Part shown: positions 1-11,141 of the stretch, piece after piece | Position numbering within the stretch: position 1 is the stretch's first letter | How the letters are laid out: the number at the start of each line of letters is the position of its first letter | Made by a program: the position numbers and the translations under genes | DNA from: Lytechinus pictus | Lineage: Eukaryota | Length of the DNA stretch: 64,000 nucleotides | Direction: 5' to 3' | NCBI RefSeq assembly: GCF_037042905.1 | Contig: NC_087245.1 | Span: 17,610,001 to 17,674,000 of the forward strand | Notes under the pieces: model-generated | Seen by the model: the letters and a program-made list of their open reading frames with translations, nothing else | What the model was told of the DNA's origin: nothing | Databases searched by the model: none

Positions 1-350
1 ATAGTCCGCGGGTCTGATAGACCGCGGGTCCGATAGACCGTGGGTCCGATAGTCCGCGGGTCCGATAGACCGCGGTTCGATAGACTGCGGGTCCAATAGA
101 CCGCGGGTCCGATAGTCCGCGGGTCCGATAGACCGCGGGTCCGATAGTGCGCGGTGTGTGTAAAATTATGATCAGGATATAGTGAGATCCAATTAAGAGG
201 TCAAAAGGCCAATGATACGAGTCCATGGGGTTCTATAACGATGACCCTAAGGACAATCTACTTCAAGGAAAATATTATCCCCATATTTTTATCGTCAGGG
301 ACTGCTACCCACCCCCCCCCCCCCCGGAAATTTACCCTCTATAGACGCCA

Positions 351-1056
351 TACGGAGCCTCTAAAATGCCATCGACTAGACGACATGGCTAGATACTTTA
401 TCTTGCCATGTCGACTAAATAAGCTTATTATGTCCGCATGGCGCGATACGTTATTCTGCCACTTATAAAAAGTTATATGTCAACATGGCGAGATATTTTA
501 TCTTGCCAAGTCGACTTAAATAAGTTACATGTCAACATAGCGATATATCGGGATTCTCGCCGGGACTTGTACACTTCATATCTCGCCATGTGGACATATC
601 GACTTGACAAGATAGAATATACCGCTATGTCGAAATAATAAGCGTATTAATTACTTAGGCGGCGGAAGCGGTGGGGGGGGGGGACCTTTCCCCCCTAAAT
701 TTGAGGTGAGGGACGATCCCCCCTAGATTTTTAGTTGAGAACCTTTTTTTGCTTGTCAATTTGTTTTCTACGTCCCCTCCCCCCCCCCTACATTGAGGTG
801 GACCCCCCTAAAATCTTTTTGCCCCCCCCCCCTAATTTTGGTTGATAACCTTTTTTTTCTTGTCAAAAAATGTTGGTGGTCCTTCTTATAAATTTTGGTT
901 GATTTGCTTGTCAAATTTGTTATCTGTGTCCATCCCAAAATTTCAGGTGGACCCCCCTAAATTGTTTTGCCTTCCGCCGCCAATGATTGATTAAGACATG
1001 GCAAGATAAAGTACCACGCCATGTCGTCACGTTGATGGCATTTTCAAGGATCCGTA
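351..1056. mobile_element. Small TACGG..CCGTA TIR element (IS3EU-like), nested; copy near 47369-48073
   Basis: tacggagcctctaaaatgccatcgac..gacatggc versus gccatgtcgtcacgttgatggcattttcaaggatccgta. No TSD recognisable. Confidence 0.6.
654..985. mobile_element. hAT-like MITE
   Basis: TIR cttaggcggcggaag / cttccgccgccaatg. 8-bp TSD attaatta / attgatta. Confidence 0.7.
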
Positions 1057-4000
1057 CTAGGGGTAATTATCCGGGGTAATTGTCTGGAGGGTAAATTTCC
1101 GGGGGGGGGGGTATCAGTCCCCGGCGGTAAAAATATAAGGATAATATTTTCCTTGAAGTAGTTGTCAGGGGTTGATTGCCCTAATTGGGTTATTGTTATA
1201 GAACTCAGGCGCGGATCCAGGATTTCGTGGGGAGGGGTAGACGTCAAAGAAAATCTGAGATTTCATTCTTAAAAACAAATTGAGGTATCTCACAAGGCCT
1301 AAATAAATAATGAGAACGCGAAGCGCGATCTTTTTTTTTTTTTTTTTTAAATAGATTTTTCATGTATTATATCCTGAAAGCCTAAGTCAGGGGCGGACCC
1401 AGCTTCCGCCAATAGGTTGAGGGGCCATTTTTTCACCCATATTTTCAAATCATATTATCAAAATTGATTTTTTTTCTTTCTTTGAAGGGGTTGTCCCAGT
1501 GCCGTAATGAGCCAACAATTTCGAGGGGGCTCGATATGGTGTATCGCATAAAATTAATAAGAAGTTGCCAGTGAGCGAAGCGAGCAATCAAATATGCTGA
1601 AATTTTTATCACAAAAATACAAGGTTGTGGTAGATTTTGACATAATATTTGGAAAATAATATTATAATTTATCCTAATTCCTTTCCTTTTCTCTCTATTT
1701 TTTCTCAGTTTTGATTCTGTCTTTTATTTATTTTTTTTTTTTGGGGGGGGGGGGCAAAACGCCCTTTTCCTAACAGTCATTTCCTAGCTTTACTTTATAA
1801 GCAACATAAATGTGTAATAATCTCTTAAGCCCTATGTAATCTAAAAATGAAATTTCATGTATTTTGTCCTGAAAATTGAACATTTTGGGCAATGTTTGTG
1901 AACCTGAACAGGACGCGTATGTAACTAGATAATTACCACGAGCGCGAAGCGCGAGCAGAAATGTTAAATATTCGTTCTGGCCTGGTCAAATAGGGTCCTG
2001 TTAAGGATGTTTTGCAGTTAGCCATTAAGACGATACATATTTCAACGATTAAATAATGCAAGCGCGAAGCGCGAGCTGAACATTTTTTATATTCCAACCT
2101 AAAAAGATTAGATTTCAAATCCCCCAATGGGACATTCGATTCATGTTTGTCAATCATGAAAAAGGATGGATAATTTTTGGTACCTTCCTGCAATAATAAT
2201 GCGAGCGCAAAGCGCGAGCAGAAAACTTTTGATATTCTGATTCCAAACTGGATAATTTTAGCACGTTTTGAATAAGATCAAGCTTTGTATCTCAAAAACA
2301 TGCGCGCGCGTGTTTTAGAGTTAGACAGAATCCTGGCAATCTGAATACATTTCATTTTTCATCATAAAAATCAATAATGCAAGCGCAGAGCCCGAGCTGA
2401 AAATAATATTTGAAATTCCGATATTAAAAGGGTCAATTTAAGCATTGTTTACAGCACTGTGTATATAGGGAAATTTGATAGCACTATATAACTAATGCGA
2501 GCGCGAAGCGCGAGCTGATATTTTATTATTTATTTGACCCAGGATCGAGACATTTTAGGCCTAAGGACATTTTGTCATCATGAAGGATGACTATCTTCTA
2601 TTTCTTTTCCTAAAACTTATTGATATTTATTTCTGAAAAAGGGACAATTATGAATTCATACAAATTTTATTTCATATTTATTAATCTGTTAGGCCTAATG
2701 AGTGTGTGAAATTTGTTGACAGTTCATGAGGCCTGAAAACTGGATATTTTAAGTATTTTTGTAATCATGAATAGGATTCATTGGTTGATATATTTTTAGC
2801 AAATAATGCGAGCGCAAATTGCGATCCGGATTTTTTTAAATAGAATTAATATATAGGTATACATAACTCACCAATCAAAATGCGAGCGCACAGCGCTAGC
2901 TCATAGGCCTTTATTATTTTTTTTACAATCGAGACACCTGAAAAGGTATATTTAGAGAATCTTATATGAAATATAAAAAGACAATAGGTAGACCTACTTG
3001 GCAAATAGTGCGAGCGCACAAAATGTTGCAAATGTTGATTCAAACCATAAAACGGACATTTTCCAGAGCACTTAAAAACATAAATTGGTAAATAAAACAA
3101 AATAATGAAAGATCGATGTCCGAGCTGAATTATGTTTTGTACATTAATATCCAAACTTGATATTTTAAACTACATATCAGCCTATTGAGCAAGATATGTA
3201 TCTCATCGAAAAGGCAATGCGAGCGCGATGCGCGAGCGAAACTTTAATATAGTGACATTGAATATTAAAAACAAATTGTTTTCCAAGTCTTCTCCTGACC
3301 TTATTTTATTCACTCGTCTTCCTCCTTTTATGTTTCGTCTTCTTTTTTCTCCTTTCTTTCCCCCTTTTTTTTCTTTCCCCGTTTTTCACAATTTATTTGC
3401 TCTGTCAATAGGGGGGAGGTTGCCCTCGGGCGGCCTCGATCCGCCTATGTTAGTAGTTGTTATGATGAACACGATGCATATCTATTAAGAAATGAATGCG
3501 ACCGCGAAGCGCTAGCTGAAAACTTTTATAATGATGAAATGAAAAATACATTTTCAGTTGTCAGGTTAGAATATCAAATATTTACAGCTTGTGCTGCTCG
3601 TTCGCATAAAAAAACTGTAAGGTCGGGATGCGTATATGACTAAACAATTTATTGATGCCAGCGCGAAGCGCGAGCTCAATTTTGTATATACTGACTTAGG
3701 AAGGACTAAGGTATAATTCCTATTCTTGAAGCAGAGGATGCATACCTCATTAATCAATTATTGCGAGCGCGTAGCGCGAGCTGAATTTGATAATAACTTT
3801 TTTTTGTGACCCTGAACAGGGTATCTATCTCGCTAAACAGACTTAAAACTCGAAAACATTGTTTTTTCTGTGATCGTAAAAACGGGATATTTTAATTCAG
3901 CCGCATTAATTTAAGTTTTTTGGGCAGGACATATATTTTACTATAAACAGGCAATACGAGCAATGTTGCGCCCCCGGTCGAAAATTAATTTGCATGAAGC

Positions 4001-4237
4001 CCTCTAAGTTCAAGGTCAATTTGGCGCCCTCGGTTGAACATAAACTTGGCGCCCCCATGTGAAATATAACTTTGCCCTCCCTCCCCCTCTCTGAAACATG
4101 TATTTGTCGCATTATGGTCAAAATTCAAATTAGCGCTCCCCTAGTTCGAACATCAATTCGGTGCCCCGCTAGATCGAACATCAATTCGGCGCCCCATAGT
4201 TCGAACGTCATTTTGGCGCCATCAAATCGACGTCCAG

Positions 4238-4392
4238 GGGAGCGTTTCATTAAAGGACTTGTCGGACGTTTTATCTGACAAGTCCCCTTTTATCCGACAG
4301 TTACCATAGAAACAGTGACTCTCAAAATAAAAATTAAGGAAAGATATCAGATCTGACAATTTGTCGGACAAAAATGTTGATGAAACGCTCCC
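4238..4392. mobile_element. PIF/Harbinger-like MITE
   Basis: TIR gggagcgtttcat / atgaaacgctccc. 3-bp TSD CAG. Confidence 0.65.
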
Positions 4393-4399
4393 CAGGTCA

Positions 4400-5190
4400 A
4401 CATCTCCCTCTTCCGTTTCGCATCTCCCTTTCTTTCTTTTTTCTTTCTCTTATCCTCATTCCCCTTCCTTCCTTTCTCTTTCTTTCTCTCTCTCTTTCGT
4501 TCCCCCTCTTCTTTCCCCCCTTTTCTTCTCTTTTCCCCCATCTTTTCTTTCCCCCTTTTCTTCTCTTTTTCTGTCTTTTCTTTCCCTCTTTTCCTCTCCC
4601 TTTTCTCGTTTTTCCTCTCTTCCTCCCTTACTCTCTCTTTTTTTCTTCTCTTTTCCTCTCTTCCTCTCTCTCTCTCTTTTCTTATCTTTCTTCCCATCTT
4701 CCTCTCTCTTTAAATATTATTCTCTTCCTTCCTCTTTTTTTCTTCTTCTTTTCCCCCTTTTCGTTATTCTTTTCTTTTTCTTTCCTTTCCCCCTTTTTTC
4801 TCTTTTAATTTTTTTCTTCTCTCCCTCCCCTTCCTCCCTCTCCCTATTTCTTCTCTTTCTTTCCCCTCCTCCTCTCTCTCTCTCTCTCTTTTCTTATCTT
4901 TCTTCCCATCTTCCTCTATTTAAAAATTCTTCTCTTCCTTCCTTTTTTTTTTCTTACTTTTCCTCCTTTTCCTTTCTCCTTTCTTTTCTTCTCTTCTTTT
5001 TCCCTCCTCTTTTTTTCCTCTTCTTTCCCCTTTTCTTCTCCCTTTTTTCCTTTGTCTTTCCTTTCCCCTTTTTCTTCTCTTCTTCTCTTACTTTCTCCTT
5101 CTTACTCTCTCTTCTATTCTCTTCTTTTCCCATCTTCCTCTCTCTTTTTTTATTCTCTCTCTTTTCCCCTCTTCCCCCTCTTTTTTTGAG
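4400..5190. repeat. Polypyrimidine (CT-rich) low-complexity tract (copy ~51420-52200)
   Basis: About 800 bp of almost only C/T on the + strand, with an internal duplicated block. Confidence 0.95.
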
Positions 5191-5537
5191 CTGGGGTGGG
5201 GGGGGGGGGTGAGGCAGTTCCCCCTCCGCCAACCATGGATCCGCACCTGATAGAACCCCATGGCCTCGTATCATTTGACCTTTGGACCTCTCGATGACAT
5301 TTGATATATCTGATCATAATTTTACACACACTGCGGACTATCGGACCCGCGGTCTATCGGACCCGCGGACTATCGGACCCGCGGTCTATAGGACCCGCGG
5401 TCTAACGGACCCGCGGTCTATCGGACCCGCGGTCTAACGGACCCGCGGTCTATCGGGATGTCCCCAGAACACGAGCCCTCTCGCCTCTGTAAAAAATGGC
5501 TCCTCGTTGACCGCGCTGTCCTGTCTTTTCGCCTTTT

Positions 5538-6671
5538 TACGGAAGCTTAAGAGTGCCACCGAGATGACGAGATAATTCATCGTCTTCTCGACTTTTTTGG
5601 TCCGAGAAGGCGAGAAGGCGTGATCCGGCATCTCGTCTTCTAAGCCTTTTTTGGTCCAATAAGGCGAGAAGGTGAAATTCCAAATCACGTTTTCCCGACT
5701 TCTCGGGTACGAGAAGGGGAAAAGGCGACATTTGGAATCTCGTCTTACCGACTTCTCGGGTACGAGAAGGGGAGAAGGCGACATTCCAATTCTCGTCTTC
5801 CCGACTTCTCGGGTACGAAAAGGGGAGAAGGCGACATTCCGAATATCGTCTTCCCGACTTCTCGGGTACGAGAAAATGAGAAGGCGAGATTTGGAATCTC
5901 GTCTTCCGACTTCTCGGGTACGAGAAGGTGAGAAGGCGAGATTTGGAATCTCGCTTTCTCATCTGCTCATACCCGAGAAGTCGAGAAGACGAGGTTTGGA
6001 ATCTCGCTTTCTCACCTTCACATACCCGAGAAGTCGAGAAGACGAGATTTGGAATCTCGCTTTCTAATTTCCTCATACCCGAGAAGTCGAGAAGACGAGG
6101 TTTGGAATTTCGCTTTCTCACCTTCACATACCCGAGAAGTCGAGAAGACGATATTTGGAATCTCGCTTTCTCATCTTCACATACCCGAGAAGTCGAGAAG
6201 ACGATATTTGGAATCTCGCTTTCTCATCTTCACATACCCGAGAAGTTGAGAAGACGAGATTTAGAATCTCGCTTTCTCATCTTCGCATACCCGAGAAGTG
6301 GAGAAGACGAGATTCCAAATGTCGCCTTCTCATCTGCTCATACCCGAGAAGTCGAGAAGACGAGATTTTGAATCTCGCTTTCTCACCTTCACATACCCGA
6401 GAAGTCGAGGAGACGAGATTTAGAATCTCGCTTTCTCATCTTCACATACCCGAGAAGTCGGGAAGACGAGATTTGGAATCTCGCTTTATCGCCTTCTCGT
6501 ATCCGAGAAGTCGAGAAGACGAGATTTTGAATTTCACCGTCTCGCCTTATAGGACAAAAAAAGGCTGAGAAGACGAGATACCGGATCACGCCTTCTCGCT
6601 TTATCGGACCCAAAAAGTCGAGAAGACGAGGAATTATCTCGTCATCTCGGTGGCACTTTTAAACTTCCGTA
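5538..6671. mobile_element. TACGG..CCGTA foldback module made of 54-bp tandem repeats (second copy 52549-53576)
   Basis: TIR tacggaagcttaagagtgccaccgag / ctcggtggcacttttaaacttccgta. The 54-bp unit (gagaagacgagatttggaatctcgctttctcaccttcacatacccgagaagtc-like) switches orientation near 5945. Confidence 0.85.
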
Positions 6672-6904
6672 AATATTGCCTGATTAGATACATAATCCCG
6701 TTCAAGAGGATTAAATGGAGCCATGCATTTTCAAGTCATACACCAAATATTTTTCCTCGAGCGCTCGCCTGGCCTTATTTGCTTTGTGAATTAGGATATC
6801 CCTCGCTTCGCTCGGGAAGCAGCCGCCAGGGCCTCGACAAGCATGACAAGAGGCTACGTCAGTGGCTGTTCAGACAGCAGCATCAAATGCAGCACCATCA
6901 ACCG

Positions 6905-7145
6905 GAAAAATTATACAGTAAAAAGTATTTCTACAGGAGCACCTCAAGGCTCAGTCCTTGGGCCGCTGCTATTTACCATCTTTATTAAGGATCTACCAAT
7001 ACAAGTCGAGACGTTTTCTCATGTACTGTTGTAATGTTTGGTCTAATCGATTTCTAAACAATAACGAAATACTTAATCAACTGCACAAGCGAGCAGCGTA
7101 TAGGGCTATTATATCCGGTTTCTCTTGGATGACCCCATCAAAACA
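6905..7145 (+). mobile_element. Degenerate LINE (CR1/L2-type) reverse-transcriptase fragment; copies ~28940-29235 and ~53810-54050
   Basis: Translates to STGAPQGSVLGPLLFTIFI(K/N)DLP, the RT motif GVPQGSVLGPLLF..YINDL. It is followed out of frame by YCCNVWS..LNQLHKRAAYRAII, typical of the C-terminal RT region; the intervening part is deleted. Confidence 0.8.
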
Positions 7146-8099
7146 GGTATTTTATCAACTTACAACCAGCACAACAAAATGTTGATTTGATTTGAATAAA
7201 AAGAGAAAAATCCAAAAAGCATAACACTTAAAATTTCATCAGAATCGGTTGTAAAATGATAAAGTTATGACATTTTAAAGTTTTGCTTAATTTCAAATTT
7301 TCTCCTCATCGTCAAGTGAAATAACGATTAATTCTTACCTGAACCCGTGGAATTAACATCGTATAGATGTGCATGGACGTCATTGGACGAAGCGGGTATT
7401 GGACGAAACTGGGTCGACGGACGAACTGAATGACAATTTGGTCGAAATGATTATGTCGGGGCACTGTGGGCAATGGTAATGGACCTGAATCAGCAAAGCC
7501 CCCCCCCCAAAAAAAAAAAAAAAAAAAAAAAAAAAACGAAAGAAGGAAGGAAAGAAAAATGGGCTAAGGTAATCAATTTCAATGGGGTTTTATTGACCAA
7601 ATGTCGTATATTCCCTGGAATCTTTCCGTCATCTGACAGAAGAAAAAAAAAGACACCTTTGTTTCAAGACTCGTGAAATTTACAAACATTTTTAGGTGTA
7701 AGTCATGAATATTCATATATTCCCATGTCCCACTTTTTAAATACATTTTTTAGTTATTTATCTGCATCTTCACTTCGTTATTGCGTTGTTTTAAGTTATA
7801 CTAATTCATAGGCGGATCCAGGGGGACCGAGGGGCCCAGGCCCTCCCAATTGGCGGAGCAACAAAAAAAGAAAAAAAAAAGGAAAGAAAGAAAAAAGGGA
7901 AAAGAGAGGAGAAAAAAGGAGAGGAGGAAGACGAGTGAATGAAAAAAAAGATTAAAATGAGGGGAAGACTTGGAAAATAAAAAGAATATTTCATGTCACT
8001 AGGTCTATATAAAATTTTCGCTCGCGTATGGCACGCTCATAGGGAAACAATTAAATATATGTTTCACTTGAAAAAAATATGTTTCTCTTCCACTTAACC

Positions 8100-8590
8100 A
8101 TTTCACTCAAAGAAATTTATATTTCACTTATCAAAAAAATATGTTTCACTTTAAGAAAAAAATATATATTTCACTTTTCAAAATAATATATTTCACTTTT
8201 CAAAAAAAATATATTTCACTTTTCAAAAAAATATATTTCACTTTTCAAAAATATATATTTCATTTTTCAAAAAAAATATATTTCACTGTTCAAAAATATA
8301 TATTTCACTTTTCAAAAAAAATATATTTCACTGTTCAAAAAAATATATTTCACTTTTCAAAAAAATATATTTCACTTTTCAAAAAAAATATATTTCACTT
8401 TTCAAAAAAATATATTTCACTTTTCAAAAAATAATATATTTCACTTTTCAAAAAAATATATTTCACTTTTCAAAAAAATATATTTCACTTTTCAAAAAAA
8501 ATATATTTCACTTTTCAAAAAAATATATTTCACTTTTCCAAAAAAATATATTTCACTTTTGAAAAAAATATATTTCACTTTTCAACAATT
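8100..8590. repeat. 21-22-bp minisatellite (tatatttcacttttcaaaaaaa)n; inverted copy ~14390-14800
   Basis: Directly visible tandem array in both subterminal regions. Confidence 0.95.
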
Positions 8591-8659
8591 TTTTTTTAAA
8601 TTTTGAGAGAAAACAAATCCTTTCACATGCGGCTGCCGTATTCGACCGTACGTAGAATT

Positions 8660-9270
8660 CATCTATCTACCTACATGATATATCTATCTATCTATCACTC
8701 TGCCTAATATATATCTATCTGTTTAAATATGTCTATCTATCCATCTATCTGTCTGTCTGTTTATCTATCTATCTCTCAAACTATTTATTTTTCTATCTAT
8801 CTGTCTAATAATTATCTGATTAAATATGTCTGTCTATCTATCTACGAATCTATCTATCTGTCTGTCTGTCTCTTTATCTATATATCTATCTAATATTTTT
8901 TAATATGTCTGTATATCTGTTTATTTATCAATCAATCAATCTATCTATCTATCTATCTTATGATTTATCTGTCTTTTTATCTATCTGCCTATTTATCTTT
9001 ATCTATCTATCTTATGTCTATCTGTTCAAAATATGTATGTCTATCTGTATGTCTACCTTTCATCTTTCAATCTAATATCTATTGATCTGTTCAAATAATC
9101 ATGTCTGTTTATTTGACTGTTTATCTATTTAATATATATCTATTAAATATGTTTAATATGTTATTCTATCTGTCTATCTATCAATAAATATATCGATCTA
9201 TTTTCTCTCTATCTATACATCTATCCATGTATTTATCTATCTGTGTATGTACCTATGTATCTATCTGTCT
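8660..9270. repeat. Degenerate (TATC)n microsatellite; continues 11150-11510, mirrored as (GATA)n at ~13280-14305
   Basis: Directly visible. Confidence 0.9.
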
Positions 9271-9276
9271 CTGAAT

Positions 9277-11141
9277 CAGGGGCGGAAATCTCTCCCAAAA
9301 GGTAGGGGGGACACAGGGGCGGATCCAGCCTTCGCCAATAGGGGGGGGGGCGGAAATTTGTTTCAGCCATATTTTCCCCGATCGGCAGCTCGAAGAAGAT
9401 TTTTGTTTGTTTCTTTGAAGGGGCAGTCCTCCTTAGTCACTTCTTAGCTTTATTCTTATAAATTAATATATAGTATCATAATCCTTATTTATATGATGCG
9501 AGCGCGAAGCGCGAGCTAATTTTTTGGAAATTTTATGTATTTTTTCCTTAAATTTGAACATTCTGGGCAATGTTTGTTATCCTGAAAAAGATGTGTATGC
9601 AACTTAATAATTACTGCAAGCGCAAAGCGCGAGCAGAAATAAACTGATGGATAAGATACCTGTTAAAGTAGCATTTAACAATCAAATAATGCAAGCGAAG
9701 CGCGAGCTAATTTTTTTTGACATTTTCACCTAAAGAATTGAAACTCAAGCAGAATAGGTATATAAGTAAACAATTGATGCGAGCGCGAAGCGCGAGCGTA
9801 AAATTTCGAGATTTAGTCCTATAATATTTACTGAACGAGACACTCTACTCATGTTTTGTAAATCAAGAAAAGGATGAGTATTAATAATGCGAGCGCAAAG
9901 CGCGAGCAGAAAATTTTTATATACGTTTTGAACTGGTACCTGTTGAAAAGGTAACTGTTAAGGACTGCTTGCACTTAGCCATGAAGGCGTTACATATTTC
10001 AACAATCAAAAAATGCGAGCACGAAGCGCAAGCTGAAAATTTTTGAACTTTCTAAAGAAAGAATGGAAAATTTTAATCAGTTTTTGTAATCGTGAACAGG
10101 ATAGCTATATAATTTAATAATTGAAGCGAGCTCGAAGCGCGAGCAGAAAAAAAAACGAGATTTAGACCTAAAAATGGGCCGCTCTGTTCATGATGTACAA
10201 AAGGATGAGTAATATTGGGTCTTCCCACATTAATAATGCGAGCACAAAGCGCGAGCAGAAATATTTTGATATTGTGATCTGAAACTGGATAATGATTTAA
10301 ATAGAGAACAAGTTGAGTATCTGAATAAACATGCGCGCGCGTGTTTCATAAATTATTTAGACCTAGAATCTAAGCATTCTATATACATGTACATCTTTAA
10401 TCATGTAAATCATGAAACTTTGATACTCCGATCTGAAAAAAGAGTAAATTTCAGCTTTATATTTCAAGCACTTTGTAGAAAAATTGTAAGGCAAGCAGCA
10501 AATGTTAATATTCAGACCATAAAACTGACATTTTTACAGAGCACTTTTTAAAAATCAATTTGTAAATCACACAAAATAATGAAAGTTCGATTTCCAAGGT
10601 GAAATATGTTTTGTATATTGACTTCCAAACTTGACATTCGAGCTCCATATTGAACAAGATATGTAAATCACCTAACAGGCAATGCGAGCGCGAAGCGAGA
10701 GCTAAAATGTTATATATAGTGGCACGAAAGATTCTTTTTATTTTCCAAGTCTTCCCCTCATCTTGTTTTATGCACTCGTCGTCCTCTTCATTTTCTCCTC
10801 TCTTTTCCCTCTTTTATTCCTTCTTTCTTTCCGTTTTTTTTTTCTTTTTTTTTGCTCCACCAAGAGGGGGAGGGGGGGGCGGGCCCCTCGGCCCCCTGGT
10901 CCGCCTACGGGGACAAGGGGCGGGAACATTTGACAAGCAAAAAAAAAGGTTATCCCAAAAGTAAGGTCATCTTGTCCCAACTCGTCCCCAAATACATGTT
11001 TTATTTCGATTTAGAATGATGTATTTCTTACCATCATAAAAGACCAAAAATAGTAGGGGGGACTTTTGATATTGTGTCCCCCCTACTATTTTGAGTAGGG
11101 GGGACACGTCCCCCCTGTCCCCCCTGGGATTTCCGCCCATG
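9277..11141. mobile_element. hAT-like MITE inserted in the left arm of the foldback
   Basis: TIR caggggcggaaatc / gatttccgcccatg. 8-bp TSD CTCTGAAT (9269-9276, 11142-11149). The right arm shows the empty site (attcagag near 13640). Confidence 0.85.
9314..10909 (+). mobile_element. Second member of the CAGGGGCGGATCC family, 6-bp TSD GGGACA
   Basis: Reverse-complement homologue of 54712-56669. GGGACA at 9308-9313 and 10910-10915. Confidence 0.8.

Larger units (their letters stand above)
1206..5249. mobile_element. hAT-like non-autonomous element with nested inserts (copy 48223-52260)
   Basis: TIR caggcgcggatcca / tggatccgcacctg. 8-bp TSD atagaact / atagaacc. It splits the right arm of the GG..CC element. 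Confidence 0.75.
1..6671. mobile_element. Right part of the same composite element (left end outside the window)
   Basis: Near-identical to 47022-53576. Ends cttccgta followed by AATATT (6672-6677). Confidence 0.85.

Noticed and set aside
4347..5274. Long F/L/S/P-rich and K/R/E-rich ORFs (up to 283 aa; repeated at 51377-52285)
   Set aside because: Translation of a polypyrimidine/polypurine tract; the frames differ between the two copies.
5880..6540. CRISPR-like appearance of palindromic regularly spaced repeats (also the GCGAAGC motif arrays)
   Set aside because: No unique spacers and no cas genes; the context is eukaryotic and inside TIR elements.
5434..6613. Multiple overlapping repetitive ORFs (YPRSREDE..), also at 46075-46969 and 52445-53567
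   Set aside because: By-product of a stop-poor 54-bp repeat that is open in several frames on both strands; no splice or domain support.
8141..8434. K/Y/I/F-rich ORF
   Set aside because: Minisatellite translation.
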